Position numbers and translations under genes: made by a program. Below the pieces are notes generated by a model. It was not told the DNA's origin and did no database searches. It saw nothing but the letters and a program-made list of their open reading frames with translations. Positions 51,155 through 64,000 of a DNA stretch of 64,000 bases are shown one piece after another (position 1 is the stretch's first letter; every line of letters starts with the position of its first letter). The stretch comes from Tubulanus polymorphus (Eukaryota; Animalia; Nemertea): the NCBI RefSeq assembly GCF_964204645.1, contig NC_134028.1, forward strand, positions 21,014,345 through 21,078,344, read 5' to 3'.

Positions 51155-53682
51155 TGTTTCCGCAAATGAAGTGAATCCAAATTCAAATTGACTAAGTGTC
51201 GAAACTGCTTCACGTTCTGAAGCTGAAAGAACTTCCGGCTTTTATCACGTGGAGCAAATCGATTCACTGCGACACCTGGCTCTCAATCTGTCAACCTGTC
51301 AAAGTCTCATATACGTAGAATGTGGTAAATCCATTTTATCGAATTTATGCAATTTTCCTGAATTACCATATACATTAATAATATTCTAGGCCTATAAAGT
51401 GCGTATTTAATCTAATTTGGAATAGGTCTACAGGGGCGAATCCAATGGGATCTGCGAGACTTGTACAGAGTGCCCTTTTTCGTTATCAGGGATTACATGA
51501 ATTTCGATCTAATGTTAAAAAACTTAACCTTGTGAATCAAATACAGGAGCCAGTTGCCAAAAAGTTGGTTGAAGAATACCGGCGAATAAATTCCATAGTA
51601 AAAATGCAATTCTAATTGTCCCTATGTCAACTATCTCTAGTTGGTTAGCTCTAACCAACTTTTGAGTAACTGGGTCCAGTTCCACAGTCCCGAGTTAAGA
51701 TTTACCGTAACTCTGAGTTAAATCACGGAAAATGAACTAACTTTAACTAACTTACAACTGTAGAACTGGGTCCAGGCCCCTGAATTCTTAAGTTCAAGTT
51801 TATACGTCCATGGTTCGAGAAATGTTTGTACTAAAGATATCGCAGGCCCGAAGCGATGTAGAATCCGCGCGTAGGTTCGTTTTTAGCTCGGTTGGAACTG
51901 AACGCTTGTCGGATCAAAATAGTTCGACTGAACATTAGAAAAACTTGCAGGCAGTTAATAATAGTGCATTAGCTAGTATGATAGATATTTTATTTGCCCC
52001 AAAAAATGTTAATCACTTTCCACTAGGTTGTTCATTGACAACACGTGGTACTACCCCTGGCAAGCAGCTAGAATAAATGTGAAAGTTCCCATATAGCTCA
52101 TTGGAATCTCTGACCATTACACTTTCAACATGGGTAGTTCATTGGGCCAACACTAATCGGATCGTTTTTAATGCAGATTATACATGGATGAACATGCGTT
52201 TCACATGGTTGATTTTGTGCTCTCGCGGAAGTCGAAATCATGAAACATATATTTTTGGACAAATTTATCACAAATAACTGGAACAATATATCTTGTTACC
52301 TTTGACATCTCACGTTCAAAACGTAATATATCTATTATTAAAGAGGAGAAACTGCTGTTTTTCATAACCAGTTTGCGCGAAATCTAATCATTGTCATGAA
52401 ACTTGGCATGTACACAGAGGAATAGATTCCTCAATAACAATTTTATTTGGATCCAGGGTCTAATTTCAGCCGAATTCAAATCTCCAAAATCCCAGTAGAT
52501 TCCAGAAGTTGGCAGTAGGTGGCTTGTATGCGTGTGAGTTGTTTTATCTGTGAACCAATGTTTGTTCCAGGAAGCCTGTCGATCGGAATTTATTAGGCTG
52601 ACATTAAAGGAGCCACACATCATTTTCCATCCCATCTAAAGATGGGTATTTTTGCTAGTATATAATATTCTATGATAGTATGAAGTATAATAGAGATACA
52701 TGAACATACATTATTCAATCATTAACATTAATCCCTCTGCATTTTGAGTAGAAAGAACCAAGTTATACATTAGGACCATTATTAGTTCAAGTGGCGAAAT
52801 TGCAATGGTCGACTAGAGTCAAATGTTCCGGTTTCGATAAAGTGAGATATATATGAGATGAAGTTCGTACTAGTCTATAAAAGAGGCCCCTATAATTAGC
52901 TGTTAATTATGCATTGCCCTATGCGCAGTACTATACAGTTGCGCCTGTAGCTGCAGGTGTTTTTGAAATATATTTCATCAGAAAACTATGGAAAACTTTT
53001 ATGTAAATGAACAACACTACGATAAATGACGTGGCATTTAGAACAGTCATGTAATTCGGACAGATATTGAATCATACATAATGTTGAGAAATATACAACC
53101 GATTGTAGACTGCAGTCATATGTGGCTCCAGTGTTTCAGGCACCTATAATTAATTTACTAATTCTATCATGTTCCGTGTACTGTAATCGATGATGATATA
53201 GATACCATTAACCCTTTTAAGTTCAAGTTTGTTACACAGCGACTACCCTAGAAATTAAATTATTTTCAGCCATTGTTGCGCTTTTTAAGCCATATAGTTA
53301 AAAAAGTCCTATAGCTGTATTTCAAAAACTATCAGTCAGCAGTATAATAGAAGTTTGCAGAAAATATTATGACCTTTCATATGATACCAGGTTTGAGTAT
53401 TTTATTTACATAGCATTGGTCAGATGAGAGGCGGGGCCAGGACTAGGCCTTGAGCTTGAGAAGGGTTTGATTATCGTTGCCTATAGCTACAAACGGCGAA
53501 ACTTTGTCACGGGTTGGCGCGGTCTGTGCGCCATGCATGAACAAGTTTTTGGTACCAAATGAAAGATACTGGTCGTATGTTTTAGGGTCAAGGATCTTTG
53601 CTGATACGATAAATTTCAGATAGAGATTTGGACCATTTAAGTCTGGACTCTGTGTGACGTCACTGCGCGCGCTAATCAAAAT

Positions 53683-53840
53683 CACAGGGGCTCGTATCAG
53701 AGTTGTAGGTAATGTAAAAACGATAATCTGTTAATCCAATGTATATAGTATGTATAAAATAACTTATTTTATATATACTATATACATTGGATTAACAGAT
53801 TATCGTTTTTACATTACCTACAACTCTGATACCCCCTGTG
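53683..53840. mobile_element. 158-bp palindromic MITE with 8-bp TSD (hAT-like)
   Basis: CACAGGGG...CCCCTGTG near-perfect hairpin; TSD ATCAAAAT (53675-53682, 53841-53848); empty site at 42110-42117 in the paralogous block. Confidence 0.9.
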
Positions 53841-54649
53841 ATCAAAATAAACAGCTGTCATCCTTCCCCAGCAGGGATTCGAACTAACCTAATGGCATCT
53901 CGACTGCCACGGTACGGTTCGTGGGTAAATGTTAGATCCTATAACCGAGTGGTACACAAAATGGCGGCTTTTTCAATTGATGAGATCATAAGGGTTAGTA
54001 TCAAGAGGGTTTAGGGTAAGGTGAGGCGTTAGAGTAGGGTAAGGTGAGGCTTTACAGCTTATTACTATGAGGTAGCTTAAGGCAAGACTATATTTAGTTA
54101 TAAAACCAGTGAAGCAGCAAGCTAGCATCGCTATCGCCGTTATGCTTACGCTCACGTGGTTGCGTGTTCGAGTCCTGATTTTTAGTTACTTTTCAAGAGG
54201 TTTCCAAGTCCAGGCAGTCAATGCGCATGCGCGACGAGTCGTTTACGCTGTGGCTGAGTGTAACGGGTCTGTCTAAAGAACTTACCTCTAACCGCCCTTT
54301 GGTTTTTTTCGATTCGTGTCACTAGAATCCAGTCCGGGTTTTAGCTGATATCGAAGATTTCTTTTAAGTGGGTTCAAGCGCCAAAATTGACAACTACAAG
54401 CCAGGACGGATGGATAGCAGGCCTGCCACACATCCAAGCCATAAACCTAGGGGGTCTACTATTACCCCCTCCATAACCACTGCTATATCATAATATCATC
54501 CCAAAAGTTTCAATAAAATTTCAATTCTGTAACAGAGGAGAGGGGTATAATTGTAATAATAGATAATCAATTTTGAACTGTAATTTTTTTCTTAATTGAA
54601 ATTCTGTAAAGACCAGAAATGTGAACAAAATCTTATTAAATTTTAGTCA

Positions 54650-57600
54650 CGTATTTTATTTTTTCCAAAACAGATTTAGACAGTTGATTATTCCATACCT
54701 TGTACATGTTTTAAAACACAATATATTGAAGTGAACGAAACTAATATGTGGTTATGATACATCACATCAGAGAAAAGCACTATCAATAGGCCTACAGCCT
54801 AACATGCGCATAGCCTCGATGTTAATGTTTTTTTTGTTTATAAATTACATGTTCCATTCTTTAAATTGTTTAATCCCATTGTTTAATCGATAACGAATGC
54901 ACTGAGAAGTGAGAACCTGAGTGTCATTGACAGCGGTATATCGCTCGTAAGTCCTGTAATGAACCATTCAGGTAGACTGGTTGCCTGTCCCATTCAATAT
55001 GGGAATCTTGAAGATAGAGACCGGTAACCAGTCTACAATTCAAGTTGCATCTAAAAAACTAAACTCTAAATCGGAACGAAAAATCCAAAGGGCGGTTAGA
55101 GGTAAGTTCTTTAGAAATACCGAGTGTAACGATGCCCATCAGGTTCGAATCCCTGCCGAGGGAGGATGCCCCTCCTGCAGTCTAGAGATCCACTACAAGG
55201 AACCTCGTTTGAACGACCTCGAGTACAACTATTCTTCGGATATGACAAAATATAGAATTCTTAATTTCATAGAGTGGATATAACGAACATTCTGGTCCCC
55301 AAATCCTTGTAACAAGGTTCCACTGACTGACTGTACGTGGTTTCATTAAAAAATTTGATAGCTTTATTTGATAAAGTTTGATAATTGATGTCCTCAAAGC
55401 AACAAATAACGATTTGAATCCTCAACATGAAATCCTTCTAAGAGCCTGAACAGAAGTAACTAACACCAAGACGAATATTTTTTTTATTTATGCTAAGTAG
55501 TAGAGGCCTAGACCTGCTGTATTAAGAGCAGGACCAAGTGACTCTAGTAGTTTATTGTCACCTTTCCTCTATTCATCATCATTATCATCATCACACAGTT
55601 TGAATAACAGTTTAAATGGACACACAAACGAATTACTCGCGTTTATTATTTATTATCGTACCCAAAATCCCCGTCGGCCACGCCGACGATGACGATAACA
55701 ACCGGTCGATATCGCTCCGGCGATGAGCGGACGACACGAGGGCCTCTGCCGCCGCGAGACATTCTGCAAATAACCGGCCGTCTCGGCGTACGCAACGACA
55801 TACGAACGTCCGTCCGCAGAGCTATGCTCCGGCGGGCGAAGGTTTCATACGAATAACGTGATCGGTCGATGAGAGATAAATCATAATAATAATAATAGTA
55901 ATAATAATAATAATGCCATATTGAGTAAGCGTGTAGAGTTTCCGAGTCGAGAGTGAACGTTTTTGAGACAAAAATTTAGCATATATATATATATATATAA
56001 TATATTATAAACGAACGGGCAAATAACTCGGGAACGCTACACGATTGAATAACCACTCATCGACCGGCCACACTACAAATAAACCCTCACGCGGAAAAAA
56101 AAAAACGAACCCCTCGCCGACGACAAGTCGCGACCCGGTCACACAGTTACCGTCGATTTCGTTTCGACGGTTAAAACTTTGAAAATGAACTATCTTAACG
56201 CGCCGAGTCGAAATTCGAGAACTGCGAAACCGGGTCGCGTTTTACAGACGGCGTTCACCGTATACCGGACGATTACTCATTTTGACTAACACGAATTGAG
56301 TAAATCGCCGGTTCTAAAAACCGATCTATAAAACGCAAACCTCGTTCCGGGGCGAGGGAGGGGGGGGGGGCGGGGGGAACTCATATTCGTAACTGCCACT
56401 GAAGCAAACCGCCTATCACAGCAGATATCAGCGCGTTCTTAACCTACTTTGAATCCCGTCGAATTCGCCGAGCTCCACGTCGGACGTTCGTAAAATCTAA
56501 ACCCGAGCGACTCGGCAAAACGGTTCATTTACGGGTCGCGTCGCGGTTTCGGAGACGCCCGCGCGGGTACGTTCACCAGCGGGCGCGACTCCACGCGGTT
56601 ACTATGACGACGCACTAACGCGACTCTCAAAGGACTACATTAAAAATGTTTGACATGGCTCAATCGGTTCTGACAACACTCGAAAAAAAATCATCATTAA
56701 TATTTATCATTTTAAGACAGGCACGTGTTTTAAAATCCATATTTTGGAAGTAAACCCTATGATTGATATCAGCACAGCATTTTCAGGCATTATTTTATAC
56801 AGTTCAACATATCATCAAGTTTCTTCGTATTTTTTGTTTTTTTTTTTGTTTTTTTTCTTTAAACATACATATAATATCCATAGTATATCATCACTAGTAC
56901 ACTGGAGTCCTTATTAAATTGTGCTACAATTGACTAATTTTCATACAGCTACTGCGGCTCAGGACTCCGCACAAGTTTTTTTTTTTCATCGAAAAAAATG
57001 GCATTTTTTTATACTTGAAATAGAGAGATCTCTTTTTTGTTTGAATATTGTTTTATTATTATTATTATACGATACAGTGACAAGGAAACAGTATCTTCAT
57101 TAGGCGAGCGATCCTAGGAATCAGATTGAAAGACATTTTCGTACTAACGCATCTTTTTTTTGTGTTTAGTTTTGTAAAGTAGTATTAAATTAAAAATAAA
57201 ACGTGTGCCCTCCCTCTAAGAGAGCGGGCAGCACCAAATACTTTGCATTTTTCTGACAAATAACATATAATTACATAATAATATCAATAATCACGTTACT
57301 ATCATTTTATATATCATTTTTTTTCTATATTTAATTCGTACCGTTCATTCGTTTTTTTTTTGTGGTTAGTTTGTTTTTTTTCTACTTGGCTTCAATTCGT
57401 ATCTCGTTCGGTAAAACAGAGAGCGCAGATTGTAATAATTATAATAATACTGACTATCACAGTATTTCAATCAATCGTTCGTACACAGTAGTCGTAGTTG
57501 GGTTCGGGGATCGTTTGCGCGAATACGCACGCACGTTTAATACGACCGATTTTTCGTGCCACCCGCCGCGTCCCGTGCGCGCGCGTACGCAATTACAAGC

Positions 57601-57683
57601 GTTAAACGCGTTCGCGCGCGCGCAAGGCTCAGCACGCGCGTGTATTCAACAAACGGTCCACGCAACTGTCCGGGACTAGCGAC
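54650..57683 (-). other. Probable long (~3 kb) 3' UTR of GW182/TNRC6
   Basis: No coding signal downstream of the stop; candidate AATAAA at 54660-54655. The end point is inferred. Confidence 0.45.
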
Positions 57684-60600
57684 TTACATCGACTCGCCGC
57701 CGAGCAGGTCTCCGGGCAGTAGACCCTGCCCGCCGAATCCGCCGAGCAGGTTGTTCGAGCCGGTTCCCCACATGCTGCCGGCCTGGAATCCGGACCCGGT
57801 CATTCCATTCCACTGATTGGAATCGATCTTGTTTACCTGACGCGTCTGCGTTTGTGACCACAAGCTCGTAGCAGCTGAAGTAGGATTAATGTGTTGTGAG
57901 TGTTGTTCACCGCTGCCGCCGCCGCCGCTGATGCGACCGATATCCATGTCGGACGCGAACTCGGCCATGATTGTAGTGTTACCGAGCGTGCACCCGTTCA
58001 ACGCTTGTTGAGCTTTCAATCCCTCTTCCTTCGTCGCGTAACGCACGATCGCTTGACCGTACCCGAGGTTCAAATGAAACGTCAACAGCGGACCGTGCTG
58101 CATGCATAGTGTCTTCAAGGTCGGCCCATCAATCTGTAACGAGTCGGATGACGTCATTAACGTTGATACATGTACGGCTTACCGATCGGAGACGAGGCAA
58201 ATTTATCTTTTGACAGGAATCTGCCCCCTCGTCAGGGAAAATAACCTTTTTCTCAACTTATTGACTAAATTGTTCGTAAGACATAATTGCATAGTAGTGG
58301 TATGTTGTCAGATGAGGGTATATACTAGACTCCACTCAACCTTGTAGATAACCGTATAACCTGGATGTTAAGTGACAGCGGCAGAAATAGGGTGGGGCCT
58401 CTCAAAGTTCTGAACGTCTTATTTTCATGGCATTTTCCCAAATACTGCCGTGTACCAGCTTAAGAATGGCGTGTACTTGCAATAATCAACTCATTTCCTC
58501 TTGATAAAATTAGTTGCAATACAATGCAGGAAATTGCAACATTTTGAACATGTCATTTCAAAATCTATTGGGGGAGGACCCCCCTGCCTTGTGTTTCATG
58601 CCTACAGCACTCAGAAAATATACGCGTTTTAAATATATCTCGAACAGGGCCCCCACCCCGAGATAGCCTTTGACTGAAGCAACCTCTTACTGAATTTTTT
58701 ACGATCCCACTGCAGATACATTGATTACCCTCAGATCGGACGAGTAATAGAAGTTGACAATACACAACGGTACCTTACAGATATAGATTTTGTGGAGGAG
58801 GAGATATGAAATTTACCTGAGGTGTAAGATTCTTTAGCACCAACATGTTAGTACTCTGATCCCAGCTTGACTGACCGACTATAATACAAACACAAACATT
58901 CAGGAAACAATTCTAATAAGTTTATCCATTTATAGATGGATGGATGGATGGAGTTCGAATTCCGAAATATGCTTACCGGCAGAAAATGCAGATTTATCCC
59001 CTCCCAGTGATATGCTTCTTCCGTACGGCGGAACATTGTTACCCCACAACTGGCTCTTCTGATTCTGATTGGTCAATCCGGGCGGCGGCCGAGCCGTCGT
59101 CATTTTCTGGGTCGGCACACCCCATAGCTCTTCGGTCAAAGACGTAGGTGGGATCCACGATTTCGACTGTTGCAATGCAGAAGTGGAGGATTTCGGGAAG
59201 TTCGACCAAGTGGACGTGGCCTCGGCGCCGTTCGAGGTCATCTTACTCGTAAGCGAGTCCTCTCTGATCGTGTTTACGCTGAGAGGACGCGAGGAAATGC
59301 TGCCTGGAGTTATATGAGGGTCATCTTCGATGTTACGCGTGGCCATACCCTGCCACGGTTTACCGGGTACGAATTCGGGTATCATGTCGTTCATGTTGAA
59401 CGTTTGGTTGTTATTGGCGGAGCTGCTCGACACGACTAGTCCGCTCGGAGATTCCTTGTCGTCTTTGGTGTCTGAAGACGGCGACGCCGACGAACCGGTG
59501 GCGTTGTTGGCGGCGTTCGAACTCGGGGGCATCTCGTTGCCGTAACTACTGGCTGTAGTTATAGCAGACGTGTCCGTCGCCGATGTCGCGGTTGCCGACG
59601 TCGACGACGGCCAGTCGCTGGCGGCCGACGAAGTCGATAACGAAGACCACGGACCCGGTCCGCCGAGGGACAGCGACCGACCGAACTGAACTCGGTCCTG
59701 CCCTTGAAGATTAGAGCTGGAATGAGAATGAGTCAGCGGTTTCGATCCGACGGCTTTGTTCAACGTCAGATCGTTGCCGCTGGTCACAGTAGTGCTTATA
59801 GCGGAGTCCCCGACGTCTTTCTCGGGGGATGGCAGTTTCCATTGGTTCAGGCGGGATTGCATCTGTTGCGGAGGTTGTTGCTGCGCCGGTGGATCTTTCA
59901 ACGTCATCGTCGCGAACTCCGGCATCATCGAGTCACCGCGGCCGACCACCGTCTCGTCTTTACTAGAGTTCTGTTGTTTACTGGCGAATGCTTGGGCCTG
60001 CGCGAGCTGCTGTTGAGTTTGATATATTTGTTGTTTGATTTTGCCGATCATGAAGTTGATGTTTTCCAGTTGTGGAGACCGTTGTATCAAGTTGTTCGTC
60101 TTCGATTGTTGTTGCATCATTTGCTGTTGAGCGTACAACCGTTGTAACAAATTCTGATGCGTTAACATCTGTTGTAACGCGCCGAGCATTTGCGGAGTGA
60201 ATGGCTGATTCAGTATTTGCGGGTTGATAAGTCCGGCTTGAACGGCCATTCGAAGCTGTTGCAATAACTGTTGTTGCTGGTGAACTAATTGCTGTTGTAC
60301 TGGGTTGTTTGGTAACTGACCTCGGATAGGCTGACCCTGACTGATAGCAGCTGGCTGCTGCTGCTGCTGCTGCTGCTGTTGTCCTAACACCGGATGCTGA
60401 ATGATTTTCTGTTGTAGAGATGAACTAATACTGCTAGAGTTGATGAGACTACCACCACCACCACCACCACCGAGACTAGATGCATGACTAGCTCCGATTT
60501 TCAGAGCGTTGGCGATTGCTTGAGGGTTCATCTGGCCTTGTTGAGCGCTGGAATACGGCTGAGTATTTTGCATGGAGATAGGAGGTATAAATTGACCTCC

Positions 60601-63101
60601 CGCGTCGTTAGCGTTAGGGAGGTCATTGGGTTTATTGTCATGCATGCGACTGCGCAGCATACGTCGACTTGGATCGAGTTCTAATTCCTTTTCAGCGCTA
60701 GCACCGGTGATAAGGTCAGCTGAAAAATACAATCATTCAGACACAAGTAAGAAATCAGTTTAAACATCGTAAATCGAAACGATGTTAATACAGGGCGACA
60801 GCCACTATCCACCGATTTAAAAAACTCCAGAGTTTTCCCTTATTTTCCACGGGATTACACTGAATTCACTGACGGAGTCGAAAAAATTCTTTGGTTTAAC
60901 CCTTTCAGTGTTGACTAATTAATACCCTACAGTCCTAGAAAAATTTGAAAGATTCCGTCCTAGCGTGTTGAATATCGGGAATACCACTATAGTGCGTCTA
61001 CACCGCTGCGCAGTGTATCGTTAGTTACTTATATTTCACTATGTTTGGCAGGTGCTGCCATCTTTCAATAGATAAAAACCAATTACTAATAACATTAATA
61101 CACTGCTGTGCGGTGAACTAGCAAATCAATCACCAATTTATACACTGCACTGTGGTGTAGACGCTCTGAAAGGGTTAAAATGTAACGATACATTCATTTT
61201 TCATCGAATCACACGTATCGATATAGAAACGCGCGCAGTCAATCGCGTTATCCAAACTTTCCGAGGTTTCCCAGGGCAGCGGCATTAGCGCGATGGAAGG
61301 ATTTCACTTACCAATGGCATTTTCAAGATTCATGTCATGAACGATCAATGCATTTTGAGCATCTTCTTTCTGCGAATTAAAAAATGACGAGGAATTGTTA
61401 AGAACCATTTGCGACGATGTTTAGCGAATGCGCGTGGCCCGAACATAGCGCCGAATATAAGCAGTTATTAAATCTAGATTCCTTCCAAACGAATCACAGT
61501 CGAAAAATCGACTCGAGCAAAGTCGGTTTGTAACCAAGTGAGAGGCTTCGGGTCTCACCTTAAATCCCATATCCATTAGTTGCTGCAGCAGTTTGCTTCT
61601 CATCTGCGGAGGTTGACTTTTCATCCCACCTCCGATAGCACCGTGAAACACATTACTAGAGATCTGTGGCTTCATGTTTCCATCAGCGCCCTGAAACACA
61701 AAAACAAGAAACGACGGCGTTAATAACTGTCAGACGAATAACACCGGAGACAATATGATATTTCATGAATACATATTGAAGTGAAGAATAGAAATGGGGC
61801 AGTGATGAAATGTTGTTAATGCCGCATTTTAGTCTGTTCAACTTTAAGATCAAGCCACTATGCGTCTTGGCCACAAAAACAATTCGATTAATATCAAGGT
61901 TAATAAATTTCTACATCAGGGTAAATAGCTTTCTACTTAGTAATTTAAGCAAATGGTGATATTCATCCCTGGCCATAAGCAGTGCATATATCATAACAGT
62001 GTCTGATGATGCAGGATGAGACGAGAAAAAACAACGAAATCAATTGGTTAGAAAAGAAAAAAAAACAACAACATCACATTCACACATCAAACTGCGCACG
62101 CCGAACACAACCAAACTATTAGTTAGCTCCGTATTAATTAAAGTGTGCTGAAGCATGCCATTTGAATCCTACTGACTGCAGTTAAACAGTTGATATTCCT
62201 CTGAAACACTACGCTATACATGTCTGTCTACGGGTGTGTGTGTGTAGTGTCTGTGCGAGCACACCTTCACACTGGGTCGCAACTAGCTATACTACTATAT
62301 CAAACATTGCTGCTACTCCTACTAACAAAAGAGGCCGCAAGGTTCAATAATCGCTTATGAAGTAAATCCTAAAATCTTTCGCGGACGACCGAGGACTGGA
62401 TTTCATTTCGCATTGTATGAATCGAAGGGCGAGGATGGTGCAGTTTCTTTTTTTACATCAGCAAATAATAATTACAATAATTATAGTACATAAACAAATG
62501 TGTGCATTTATATTGAAAAAATGGCAAAGTTAGCGTTTAAACTAGAAGTATGTACTACTATAACAAGATTGATAAATATATCGAAAGTGGTGGTTATTTC
62601 AGTAGAAATAGAACATGGAGTTATATGTCCATCACCAAGTTGAAATCAATGTTTTAAAAATAAGGATCTCGGCCCGTAATTATCTGTATTCATCCAATAT
62701 TGAGGCGAAGGTATTGACTTCCGTTACACGTCGTCGATAAAACGATAAAAACAGGGAGGAAAATGATGGCAGCAAAAAAAAAAAAACGGTTCTACCGCGA
62801 AATAAAAGTTCGTTTCGGCCGAAATCCTTAAATATTAGGAGGGTAAAAGAAATTAAATAAATACCTATTTTCTAATCGAGACGATTTAATGATAGCTATT
62901 AAGGAGTTAGAACACACGCTGCTGTTGACTGCGGTGTTCTCCCCCGGAGAGACATACCTTATTATAAGCGTAGGGCGTAGAGCTAGGTCTTTTATGGAAG
63001 TCTCTAGCGCTACTCCAAGAGACGGTATTGTCCTGAGTGAATGCATCATCCTCACCCCACATTGTTATTTCATCATTCCACGCACCCGGGGACGATTCAG
63101 G
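57684..63101 (-). CDS. TNRC6: GW182/TNRC6 (Gawky) miRNA-silencing protein, 3' portion; upstream exons not resolved
   Basis: Exons 63101-62958, 61690-61559, 61369-61312, 60719-58977, 58878-58817, 58133-57684, phase-consistent. UBA (QQLMDMGFKKEDAQNALIVHDMNLENAIADL), Q-rich region, QSRLNQWK, PAM2-like IPEFVPGKPWQG, RRM ([32 protein letters not shown]...), C-terminal LLPGDLLGGESM. Confidence 0.95.
60900..61174. mobile_element. piggyBac-like MITE in TNRC6 intron
   Basis: TTAA|CCCTTTCAGTG...CTGAAAGGG|TTAA; matches 18398 and 23313. Confidence 0.85.
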
Positions 63102-64000
63102 CTGCAACAATGTAAAAACACTGTCGTCAGTCAAAAAAAAAAAAAAAACGATCCGCTAAAGAGAACCCAGTCTATCCATCTAACCCGCCGCCCCGTACCC
63201 GCTTACGACTAGTCGCGACGATACCGGTGAGAAACGTCCATGAAAAATAACAGTTTTTATATCGCAGGTACGAATCGCACTCGATTTTACTATCGCCGCT
63301 CACAACAATAACATTGACGGATGATGCAAGCACTACTTATTCATAAAACTACACATATTAAAAAAAACGATAGATATGTATAATAAGTAATAAACCATGC
63401 CGGAATAATGATGACTAAATAGTTAGATATAAGTTCGATTATTGATAATTGTTCATATAGATGCTACATCCACTTAAATAAACACCAAACTGCGGGGAGG
63501 GGCGCTGGTTTAACAGGCAAGTATCTTTCCATCACGTACAACATAACAGCTGCATTCAATAGTGGTCTAACGATCTTATGACCGAGATCTCAAAATCCGA
63601 GATCCGCTGAAGAATTAAGAACGAAGATGGTTTTCGACTGGACTTAAATGTGAAGTAATGACTGAGTCACTGACCGGATAGTTAAAGCTTTTGTACTGTT
63701 CAATAAAACAATGTTCTACTATCATTCGCACCACGATATTCGCTCGATCAACAGTAGAAACTCTCTCCAAACCCTTACCCCATAACAGACGTACTGTCAA
63801 CCCCCGACACACCACCACCACCCCTGCCTACCGCCAGGTTTTCTCCATGTCCATCTCTACACAAATACCTAGTATAACAACCCCCCAATAAACCGCTCTC
63901 CATACCGCCAAAATCATTCTGCACCGACGATATTTTCATAGAAGCGTCATTGATAAAAGCTTAAATGTAAGGTAACAGAACCGAAGCTGTGATATAGGTT

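Noticed and set aside
58944-60684. Several plus-strand ORFs
   Set aside because: Antisense shadows of the GC-rich TNRC6 exon.
63800-63965. Possible further TNRC6 exon
   Set aside because: Short open frame on the minus strand with no GW motifs or convincing phase-0 donor.

Overview
Eukaryotic (animal, probably invertebrate) AT-rich genomic DNA with spliced genes; most of the ORF track is spurious or exon fragments. Exon structures below were built by hand from GT-AG sites and reading frame. Recognisable genes: GHITM/TMBIM5 (+, 7 coding exons, 3713-7702), casein kinase 1 delta/epsilon (+, 14105-24565, with a candidate extra or alternative C-terminal exon), an intronless rhodopsin-class GPCR (-, 32803-33744) and the 3' half of GW182/TNRC6 (-, 57684-63101). 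Two things stand out. (1) A tandem miniature LTR retroelement (TRIM) at 2564-3243 with three 140-bp LTRs that each carry a tRNA-like Pol III A/B-box module. It has a tRNA-Pro primer-binding site, a purine-rich tract and a 4-bp target-site duplication (TSD), and is nested in a Mutator-like element just upstream of GHITM. (2) A three-member family of two-exon genes for small acidic secreted proteins with an 8-Cys framework I do not recognise (two intact copies, one truncated or chimeric). The copies share a duplicated promoter and upstream module and have divergent mature regions, which suggests a toxin- or pheromone-like family. Also present: many MITEs, tRNA-derived SINE-like repeats, LINE and Penelope relics, a ~570-bp-arm inverted duplication and a 767-bp (TTCG)n array. 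No database searches were possible.
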